Origin: Carcharhinus longimanus
Lineage: Eukaryota
NCBI GenBank assembly: GCA_030264375.1
Contig: JASCQW010000146.1
Coordinates: forward strand, 30,495,152 to 30,559,151
Direction: 5' to 3'
DNA: 64,000 nucleotides
Made by a program: the position numbers and the translations under genes. Below are positions 53,451 to 64,000 of the stretch, piece after piece (the first letter of the stretch is position 1; each line of letters begins with the position of its first letter). A model generated the notes under the pieces. That model saw only the letters and a list, made by a program, of their open reading frames with translations. It did no database searches and had not been told where the DNA came from.

Positions 53451-55069
53451 ACATTGGTGTTGGAATGTCATCTCATTATACTGTTGATAGATGGACACTT
53501 TTACTGTGGTCATAATAATTGGTATAATAAATATCACAGTTACTTTTCTGTGGGGAGGGTGTTAAGGTAAATTGGGCAGTGCATTGAGGGTTTTATATTG
53601 AGCTATTGGTCTGTGATGCTGTCACTGAGTGTTCAAAATGGTTAAGTTGTTCAATTCCCCAACACTTTTGTTGTGGGTTTTCAACATGACCGGGTAATGT
53701 CAGAAATTTCAGACATTACAAGACTTATGAAGTTAGTGTCTCAGTTTAAAGATATAATCTTTATTTTGACCAGTGGCTGCTAGTAGGAGACATCAGAGGG
53801 TTGGAATAACTCCTGTGATGGAGCAGCTAAACCTGTCCAATCAATTCCAGCATATACAATTCTAAACAAACCAATTATAGATTTTGCTATTAATTATTCA
53901 CGCCTTTCATTAGTTTTAACTCAGTCATTTTCAGTAATACCTGTCAGATCCTTTAACCAATTGCATTTTACCTTCTGGCATAATGGCATTTCATTTGTCC
54001 TTAGAATCTGAATGCTAACTCCTGTCTTGGCTAACCCCACTTCCTCTGTTGCCTACTAATCTTAGACGCTAGCCACAGAGTTCAAAGTGAACATTCTCAT
54101 AAGTTTCCCTAACAGTCACTGCCAAACCAGATTAACACACAACTCCATGTCTGGGCATGCATCCAACTTATCTGGACAGTGAATAAGCCCTATTCATGAA
54201 ATCTGGTTAAGTGTTCTGAATACTCTTGTCACTAAAAACTGTGTTGATAAAACCTTGCGTATTCCCAAGTTTCAATATTCTCTTAGCATATGGCTTGTCT
54301 TAATGCCCTTTACCGTGATGCTTTGCAGCAATCTTTGGCTAAAGTGAACAATGATTCTTACTCTTACATCACTCTTATTTGAATACATTCAAAATATCAG
54401 CATGTGTTTTTAAACTGTAATCACTTGTTTGAATCTCTTACTGCATTTCATAAGTCTGTAAACTGCTTTCTTGTTAGCTTATAAGTTTATTTTAAAGTCA
54501 TTTAATTTGATGCTGATAGTTCTCAGTGTCTTAATGGTTTAAAAAATCTCTACTAACCAATTAGGATTTCCCCTTATAAACTTGATAAACGTTAGTGTGG
54601 TTGTGTCAGCACATTGCCCATTTCATCACATGATTTCGACAGCAATCACCAACCAACTTCCTCAATCCAGTGTTGCTGATGTTTTGAATTTTCAAATGTC
54701 AATGTTACAGAACACTTATTGGAAGCTGTGAAGGAAAGCACTAATGCACAATCACTTAGATTTCATGGGAGAATTAACAGTACAATTGAAGTATGTTAAT
54801 CAATTTGCTGATTCTGACTTTTTTAGTACATTAAATCATATACTTTTTATTACGAAATTTGCTTGAATTTAATCCATTTTGTTTTTTTCTCTGGCATGTT
54901 AATCAAACCTTCATACGGCCCAATCAAATTCAGCGCCATATGGCCATGAATAGCAATATGTAGGTCTGTTGCAACCTCTGCATCTGTAATCTATTTCTGC
55001 AGCCAGTGGCTATCCTGATTGTGATGAGCTCACAGCATGGACTGGGAATCAACATTTAATCCATGATCT

Positions 55070-56450
55070 GTGTTTTGTTTTTTTTCGTGGGATGTGGGTG
55101 TCGCTGCTATAGTCAGCATTTGTTGCCTATTTCTGTTTGTCCTTAAGGTGCTGATGAGCTACCTTCTTGAATAGCTGGGTCCATTTGGTGTAGGTATCCA
55201 CACTATTATTAGGATGGGAGTTATAAGATTTTTGACTCAGCAGTAGTGAAAGAATGGTTACATATTTCCAAGTCCAAATACATGAATTGCATAAGGTTAG
55301 TATACAGGTAGAGCAAGTAATTAGGAAAGCTAATGTTATTGTTTATTGGGAGGGAATGGAATATGAAAGTAGAGGGGTTATGCTTCAGTTATACAAAGCA
55401 TTGATAAGACCACATATTGAGTAATGTGTAAAATATTGGTTTCCTTATTTCAGAATGTATATGCTCTAGATGTTAAGATTGTTTACTAGACATAATCTTG
55501 AATGGGAGGGCTGTCTTATGAGGAAATGTTGGCCAGGGTAGGCCTATTTCCACTGGAACTTTGAAAATAAGAGGCATCTTGATTGAAACATAGGATCCTG
55601 AGGGGTCTTAACAGGCTGGGTGTGGAAAGGTGGCTTCCTCTTAAAGGAGAGCCAAGAATTAGGGGTCACCCATTTAGTGTAGAGATGGGGAGCAATTTGT
55701 TTCTCTGAGGGTCGTGAGCCTATGGAATTCTTCCTCAAAACAGTGGGAGCTGATAATTTGAATATTTTTAAGACAGAGCTAGGTAGTTTCTTGAAAAGCA
55801 AGGGGTGAAAACTTATTGGGGCTAGGTGGGAATGTGGAGTTGTGGAATCAGAATTAGGCAGTAGGCTCAAAAGGCCGAGTAGCCAACTAATGCATGCATT
55901 TGCTTGTGTGTAGTTTGGAGTTGATGTTCTCATGCTTCTGTTGCTCTTGTCCTTCTAGTTGGCAGAGACTGCAGATTTGGAAGATGCTGTGAAAGGACCT
56001 TGGTGAGTTGCTGCTGTGCATCTTGTAGAAGATGCACACTGCAGCCACCTTGCGCTGATGGTGGAGGGAGTGAATATTTAAGTTTGTGGATCGGCTGCTG
56101 GTCAAGCAGGCTGCTTTGTCCTAAGCTACTTATGAGTTGTTGGAGCTGCATTTATTCAGGCTCACCTGTGCATTGTGGAAGCTGGACAAGATCTGGGGTG
56201 TCAGGATGTGAGTTACTCACCTCAGAATTCCAAGGCTGTTGGACCTCTTTTCAGGGCACATTATTTATGGGTATTCTGATTGTACTACTTGTCAGTGTTA
56301 ATCCTCAAGATGTTGGTGGTGGGAGGGATTCAGTAATGGTAATGCCATTAAATGTTTAGATTCTGTCTTGCTGGAGATGGTCATTAACTGACATATCTGT
56401 GACATGAATGTTATATGCCACTTATCAGCCCAAGTCTGAATGTTGCTCTG
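55070..56450 (-). mobile_element. Second CR1-superclade LINE 3' part, interrupted by a plus-strand CR1 3' fragment (about 55275-55885)
   Basis: LNIHSLHHQRKVAAVCIFYKMHSSNSPR on the minus strand; tail near 55070-55275; the insert has RKAN...IRPH motifs. Confidence 0.75.
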
Positions 56451-56799
56451 GTGCCTAGGTCAGTGCCAATGGTCTATCTTTTTTTTGCCTTTGTCATGGT
56501 TGATACAACTTGAGTGACTGGCTAGGCCATTTCATGGAAATTTAAGAATCAGTTGGATTACTGAGTCTAGAGACACATGTTAGTCAGATCAGGTAAGGAT
56601 TTTCGATTTCCTTCCCCAAAGGGCATTAGTGAACTAGAAAGGTTTTTATGGTAATTGATAGTCTCATGAGACTATCTTAATTCCAGATTTCTATTAATTG
56701 AATTTAAATTCCACCAGCTCCTGTGATGGGATTTGAACCAGTGTCCCAGTGCATTAAGTTGGCCTAAAGGTTACTGGTTTAGCGACATTACTGAGCCAC

Positions 56800-57088
56800 T
56801 GTCTCCTCAAAGAATGAGATGGCATTCATTTAAAGTAATTGGCAAAAGAAGCAAAAGTGATAGGAGAAAAATCATTTTTACTCAAGGTCTAAAATGTACT
56901 GCCTGAGTGTTTGGTGTAGTAGGTTGAATTGAGACGTTCAAAAGAAAATTAGACGATTATTTGAAAAGTAACAATCTTCAGGGTTATGAGGAAAAGAATG
57001 ACACTGGATGAAATGTTCACTTGGAGAGACAGTGCAGACACGGTGGACTGAATGGCTTCCTTCTGCACTGTAACAATTGTGATTCTGT
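56800..57088 (+). mobile_element. CR1 3' end
   Basis: GAATGGCTTCCTTCTGCACTGTAAC...GATTCT tail. Confidence 0.75.
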
Positions 57089-57528
57089 GTGTGTACCCTG
57101 GACGGTAGTTTCTTTATTTTCAAAAAGAGTTTCTGTTCTGCCTCAAAAGTCCTTGCAAACAGTGTGTTTTTAATTGCATTTCTGTGGGTCTTGTGCTTCT
57201 GTTAAATGCCATGTTATGTTACACTACAGCATGGGTACATTTAGTTGACAATTCCATTTATGTTTAAATAAACTTGAGCTGATGAAAGAGGTGACTATTA
57301 CAGCAAACAATGTGACAAATGCAAGATTTGTGCATTATGTGCAGGACTACGACACAATATACTTAATTCTTAGCATATCATTTATAAAACTTAATTAAAA
57401 TAGATGATTTTCAAGATGGATTTCAGAAACGCCATTTCTCCCAGGCAGAAGTGAAACAAAATAGTTATATTCCGAGATTACATGTCAATTGTTTCACTCC
57501 AATATTTTTATTAATTTTTTGCTTCCAG

Positions 57529-57589
57529 GATGATGACTATCTTGTCAATGCTGCTTCTCCTGGTGCATGGGAAGAAGATGGTGATGCTA
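57529..57589 (+). CDS. 61-bp internal exon of an unidentified gene
   Basis: Strong acceptor TTTTTTGCTTCCAG and donor |gtaagt; open as DDDYLVNAASPGAWEEDGDA or MMTILSMLLLLVHGKKMVML. Confidence 0.55.
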
Positions 57590-58125
57590 GTAAGTGTCTT
57601 ATTTTTGTGTTGAATTTGGATAAAGCATCTTAACAAAAACATTGTTTCTACAAAAGGTTAAAACTCTATCTATGAAGATTCTGCAGTAAAATTAGAGTCA
57701 GCAGGTCACTGTAAAACTGGTCATCATTTTGCTATATGAAATATAGCAAAACTGGTTCGTATATAGCTGGAAATGTCAATATCAGGTATACTTTGTGGGG
57801 TACTGATTGGGCATCAAGTAAGGGAAAATATATAAAAACTTATTTGTTAAAATTAATCTTCAGTTATAAAATATTTTATGGAGCACTTGTTTACTTTTGC
57901 ATTGTTTACTTTGAGTTTTTGTATATAAGTAGTGTGGGGGACTGTCTGGATGTTAATTTGATTTGTAATGTGAAAATTCTACTCCAACTGTGTGATAGCC
58001 CATGTGCTTTGGGAAACATATTTTATTTTTGTGCGATGTCCCAAAGTAGGCTGGGACAGTATTCTGAAAAGGTTTTCATTCTTATGACATCGTTAGGTCC
58101 AAGAAATTCCCACAGGATCTGAGAT

Positions 58126-58824
58126 TGTCATGAGTGTGATCACCTAAGAAGCAAAGGGTAAATACAAAGCTAATTGCAGTGGATTACATCAGCCAGTGTT
58201 TGTAATTTGGCAGTTCAGAACACACTAAAAATTTGTGTAAAGAGGAAGCAAGGTTCTGTCTAAATGGAACATCTTGGCATGCTTTGAATAGGTCCTGGTG
58301 TATTGAAGCAAATCTCTGAAAATAGAGCATACTTTTGGAAAGAGCAGAAGGGCAAAGTGGATTGGACAAAACCCATCACACTGTGTTTAAAGGAGTCAAA
58401 GCGGAATTGTGTGCCATCAGCAGTGTTACCTGAATGAGAGAGGGGGCACCTTGTTGGTGGTAACCATGTTCAAGTGTCAAATGGAACATGGCCGCTAGTA
58501 TATGCAACTCAAAGCCAAAACAATTGGGTGGGAAATGAGGAATCCTACAAAATGGAGGCTAAATTGAAAAGACTGAGATTGCACGTGGTTTTACATTTGT
58601 GTGGGCAGTAATGTTTGTAACTATATAAGACATATCTCTGTTGTATTGACTATTTAAAATGAAATTTGCCTCTTGTTAAAAATATCCCTTACCTGTTAAT
58701 GTTTGCATTATAATTATTTTTAGTCTGTGACAGTACAAGTTTTAAAAAGTGAAATCTTGTCCAGTGATTTTCTTTCCATTAATGTTCTGGATTTCTTTTT
58801 TTTTAAGTCCTTGGGATCGTAACA
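58126..58824 (+). mobile_element. Probable solo LTR
   Basis: TGTCATGA ... TCGTAACA imperfect terminal inverted repeat; no TSD seen. Confidence 0.45.
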
Positions 58825-59859
58825 AAAGTGAGGAATGTATTTTTCGATTGACTTCTGGAAACTTTGAGGCTGTTGGGATATTTTGCTTGATGGGTGTTTG
58901 AGGCCCTGAGACCAATTGTCCTGCTATGGCATTGGTTGAGATGGGACAAACCATTTGGTAATTGAAGTATGAAAGACCTTCTGGCCTACTAACTCAAACA
59001 CTTGCTGAGAAGAAACATTCTTGTTACAGTTTGCACTTGACAGTAATTTAAACTTGAAATTGCAACATCACTTAGAACTGTCTTTGCCTTTCTGAAGAAA
59101 AAAACAGGAGAAGGGAAGGTGAGTGTTGGAGAACCATCAAAAATTGCCCAAGTTTATGAATAGCTGCTCAGATTTATTTCTGAAAAGTCTGCATAAAGTC
59201 TTGCCAACAGTGGACTTCTGAAAGTATTTGTTGGCACACCCTGGAATCTGATTCAAATTGTTGTCTGTTTGGCTGCCAGTAGTTTGATTTTGTAATAAAA
59301 ATTACATTACAATCTGGCATTTTAGAAAACATTACTTATGAATTTGAGAACGCTTAAAATATTCCCATCGATGCAGTGTTGTGTGTTGATGTTAACTGCC
59401 TTCATTCTGCTATCTGTTGTCACCAGGGATTTTGCTCCTGTGGCAGTTTATAGTTTCTAACCTGGAGAAATCTCACCAGTATTGATCTGTGCAACTTGAT
59501 TTATTGCTGGACCAATTGCTTTGCACAGCTTAATTTGTTGGTTTTAATTAATAAAATAATTTCCTTATTTAACCAATAGCAACCTATGAGCAATTGTGAA
59601 TGGACTGTGAACTTGAACTGTGATTCCGAATTGTGAACTTTTTTGTTCCGTACTTCTTTGTAAATTTCTAACTTGAAACTTTGTCATTATTATTGTCATG
59701 CCTAAATAAATGGAAACTTATTGAGTGCAAAGACTTTCTAATTTGGTCTTTATTTAAATTCTTTAGACTCTCTTCCCGCACTTATACTCGCACTGTTACA
59801 TGAACTGTCTCTGCATGTTTTTCCTTGACTTGATGAACCATCCAAAGACTTGATGCGAT

Positions 59860-61150
59860 GTTACATCTTACAACACCCATCTCTCCTCCTCCATTTCTCT
59901 CAACCCATGCATTTTCTTTGTGTTGTCAACCTTGTCAAGCATTCTGTCTTGGATAGGGCTGCAATTTTATCCACTTAAACATTAGGAAGAGCAAAGCCAT
60001 GGTATTTCCCTTGTTGCAAATATCATAATAATGTTCCCTATAAGCTGAGTGATTGCAAAGCAACCTGAAAATCCTTGCACAGGCTAGCCTTTTAAGTTGT
60101 CAGGCCTCCATGACTATGCAAAAAAAAAAGAAGCCAAGAGACCATGCACTTTAATCACCTGGGAGCGTCACAAAAAATAGATACAACATTACTTCATACA
60201 CTGGCTTCCAAAGTTGAACCCGTTCCAGCCCACAGTCCCAGTTTGGAGTTGACTGATCTCAACTTTGGCATCCTATTGGATTGAGCTGAGTTTCTAAGCC
60301 TCCAAGATATCTATTGCAAAAAAAATCTAATTCCATTCCAAACATCTCCCTTCATCGCCAGTGCCATTGTTATATTGATGAATGCCAGTAAGTGAAGAAA
60401 GAAACCAGAGCCTTTCTTTACTTAGAATAAATTTATTCATTAAATTAAAGAGGGGGGGTGACAGTCACTGGTGGGGCACGTAACTAAGACAAAACTTCAA
60501 AGGTAGTTTAACTAATTAGACCAAAATGCTACTTTCGGATGTTATGATGCACCCCAGAGCCTGTTGGTCATGGAAAGCCTAGAATGTACCATGGACATTG
60601 AATGCTCCATTTCTAGGGTAACACAGCTGCAAAAGAAGCTGCAGTAGTGAGGCGTGCAGACTGCTGGGGTCAGATGACTCCCTCAATCGCACAATGCCTG
60701 ACCTGTTGGATGGCCAACTTGGCCAGGTGCAGGTCTATGAGGGGGCCGTTTTTCCTCTGCACCAAGTGAGGATCCCTTAATGTACTTAATTATCCAATCA
60801 GTATGCATCACCTGTATCTACGTAACCTTGGTTGATACAACTAACAGCCATGTATTGACACCCTCATCCATTCCTTTGTCTCAATTATTCCAGTATTTTC
60901 ATAGCTGGCCTGCCAGCCTCAACTATCCATATACACCCACTGTTGCTTGTATCCTAACGGCATGGTGTCCTGCTCATCCTTGATCCCTGTGCTAGCTGAC
61001 CTACATTATCTCATGGTCTGCCAATAAATGACCTTATCTCTTCCTGTCCCTGCAAACTGTCCTCACCACACAACCTTTTAGGAATTCATTTTCCCTCCAG
61101 TCTGGCTTTTTAGGCATTCCCGGTCCCCATGTTTGGCATCTATGTCTTTA
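59860..61150 (+). mobile_element. Ancient L2 LINE fragments
   Basis: LNIRKSKAMVF-like RT end near 59970; TLIHSFV and IPVLADLH-like C-terminal motifs near 60860-61010. Confidence 0.5.
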
Positions 61151-64000
61151 ATCATTGAAACCTTTTTATTCGGTCCCTAAACTATTTCCTATTCCAATCC
61201 AGTCTTCAGCCCTTGCAGAACTGAATAGTTGGAAGATGATGCATAAATTATTAAAGGTGAATTATATTTATTTTGCTTTGAGTTCAAAACAAATTTCTAG
61301 AATGTTTGTAATTGTGCATATTGGATGTGCAGGTATTATTACAAGGCATTAATCTCTTGAGTGGCTGAGGTGCAGTCAATCGTGCGCTGAGGCTACAACT
61401 TGAAATAATTGCAGTAAGATCACATGATGACTCATGCTGAGGAAAGCCTGTATTTTCTTTTGTGGAATATCCCTTTAAGATCATAGACTGAGGGGGTATT
61501 CTGAACGAGGGTTAATTGATTTTGAGTTTGACATTATTAGATTTCAAGAAGTGGCCATGTGAACTCAGGTTGTCATGGGGATGAACAGGCGATAAGTAAA
61601 GGGATAATAGATTGCCAATTGCAGTGGGGTCAGGTCAGCCAGTGTTTTCTGATAATTCAGAAAACGCTGAACATTTGTGTAAAGGGGGAAGTAAGCAATA
61701 TTCTTTCAGAATGGATCAGTTTTCTGTTTGGCAGGATTGGAACTGATCCTGATGTAGAAACAGCTCTCTGAGAATAGAGCAGAGACCGTGTTACTATGTA
61801 TGTTATGCAGGGAGCTGAAGACAGGAAGGGCAAAGGATTCTTTATTGGAAGATGCCCATAACTGCTCTTCAATGTTGCCATAGCCCACCAGACCATCTAA
61901 AAGGGTTGGGGAAGGGAGCCTCTGGGCCTAGAATAGCTCGACATGTGCCTTGTCAATGGCAATCGGTCAGGGGACATTGGATGGTCTGCTGGCGAATGTG
62001 ACCCTCAGGGCTGAATCAATGAATGGGAAATTAGCAAACTTTCATAGTGGATTTAGGAATGCTATGAGATTGAACATGGTTCCAATTTTGTGTGGGAAGT
62101 TATGAGAGTGCCTGAGGCATAAGTCTCATAGCAGTTATTTAAAGTGAAATTTACCTTTACATTTGACGTATCCTTCATATGCTAATGTTTGGATTATGTT
62201 GATTTTTGTTGGTTTTTTACAAGAAGTGTTTCAAAATGTTGGAATCTTGTCAAGTTTTATTTATTCTGTGTAAGTTGGGAATTTTTTAAAAAAGAAACTG
62301 ATATGAAGCTAACAATGAGATTTAATTCTTTCTTTTTGGCTGGCGTTGGCTTCCATGGGTGCAGATTGCTAGTGCTGTCTGTGTCAGTGATGCATGGTGA
62401 CACCCATACTGAAGGATCAGTGATTTTTATGTAATTACTGCAAGGTACTTTGAATATATTTCACCAAGACTTTGCATTTATGTAAAATTAATCTTTTGCA
62501 GCATTTCTTTCCATGCCAGACTCGGCGCTGTCTGTTGGACTCCGTTCTCTGAATTATGGACATGTGTTTTGGGTTAAACCATACTATGTTTAATCCTGCT
62601 GTGTGATGATAGGCACAATAGAAAAGCTGTAAAAAGATAACGAGAGGTTTGAAGTCGGATGTAAAATATCGATGGTAACGTGGTTCTACCAGCTACAGGC
62701 TGGTTTATGTCTTTATAAATAATGCAAGTGGAGACCTTTATCTGCTTACGAATACAATATCTTGGAAGCTGTTTGGCTAACAAGGCTGAAAATTCATGTT
62801 AGGACACTGCAGATACTTCTACAGTATATGTAGAAGTAGTTGATGAACTTTTTTTGAAAAAAAGCTTTTTAAATAGCATAATGCCAGATTGTCATCAGTA
62901 GAAACAGGGATGTTCTTGTATCATTCTTATTGGACATTTTCAGTTTATAAAAATAAATATTTTGGAGGGATCTTCCAATCTTGTTTGCCCCTCTCCAGCT
63001 GCCAACAAGAATGCAAAATTTGGTGCTGAGCCAAAACACTTTTTTCACTGCAGCATCACTGGAGAATCTCAGTTGCAGGTGAAGGCAAAGGTTTCCGGTG
63101 ATAGTCTAATGAAACATGTCTTTCAATGGAAAAAGCGTGAAACAAAATAATCATACATTTTATAACTGATAGAAAAATCTTAGATAGTGAGTCTTTTTTG
63201 TGTTCTCCAGAAGGGCACACTCTTTTCCGCTGAAGGTAGTCATCCTCTAATCCTTCAGCCAAGCAGTATTAAGCATCAACAAAATATCAATGAATAGAGG
63301 ACATCATGGGCTCACTTTTTTTTCTTGGTGCCTCAACAGTCACACACAGGTATTTACAGCCATGCTTCATAGAGGAGTGAAGAGCAGAAACAGTGGCTGA
63401 CATTTCCCTATGCTAACCCAAAGCGCTGTAGCTAATTGTTGCACTATTATCAGTTAGCTCAAATGTGACATCATCTCAGTCCAGAATGTCTCAATGTGTG
63501 TTCTGGGTCATCAGGAAAGCCCCTCTTGTAAATCTATCCTGACATTATTGCTATCTTGCAGTGTTGTTTCTGGAGCAGATGGTATTTGCATAACTTTTGA
63601 ATTTTAGAAAGAAAATTAAATGTTCACACATCTAGGGAAATCCATTGCTAATCTGGGGGAGTTGTTTTTAATCTGTTAAATTGTACTCAAATGTGCTGGC
63701 AGCAGAATGTAAAATCCGGTGCACCTTAAATAAACTGAGTTTGACAGCGATGTTAAATATAGAACAGTTGGAAAAGGGCAATATTTGCATATTGGCATTT
63801 GATAGGTAGAAATGACTGTTAGTTGTCAATTCAAGAGGTCTTGAGGTGAGTGCTGTTGCATTGGAGGCAAGGACTTTTTTTAACAGCGTTAGCTGGCAGA
63901 GGCAGGTGAGTTTTGGGTCTGCAGTGAAGCGGGAAGGTGCCCCCATTGACAGTGAAAGGGGAGGTGGGTGGGTGTCATCAGGAAAGGTGAACATATGTTG

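Noticed and set aside
46179-57571. Shared GGTGCATGGG in both candidate exons
   Set aside because: A 10-bp match is expected by chance in 64 kb.
59030-59118. Strong AAG|gtgagt donor suggesting another exon
   Set aside because: No acceptor gave an open, recognisable frame.

Overview
Vertebrate genomic DNA, most likely from a cartilaginous fish (shark), judged by HE1/V-type and Deu-domain SINEs, CR1-clade and Rex1/Babar LINEs, Harbinger elements and an elasmobranch-type C2H2 zinc-finger fragment. It is a gapped draft scaffold. Most of the window is decayed, often nested transposable elements: CR1-clade, Rex1, L2 and RTE LINEs, SINEs, a Charlie-type hAT, a Harbinger with Myb/SANT and transposase ORFs, two Ty3/Gypsy remnants, solo LTRs and MITEs. 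The non-repeat signals are: (1) an intact spliceable 678-bp exon encoding a divergent THAP domain (6335-7012); (2) an orphan island of three intact filamin A-like exons on the minus strand (20803-21404), with no neighbouring filamin exons recognised in the window; (3) a C2H2 zinc-finger fragment ending in a short A-tract inserted in Gypsy gag; (4) a CpG-rich probable first exon/promoter near 46.2 kb and a 61-bp downstream exon of an unidentified plus-strand gene; (5) a candidate start exon MGNCAC at 10.7 kb. All family assignments come from motif recognition by eye. No searches were run and most TE boundaries are approximate.
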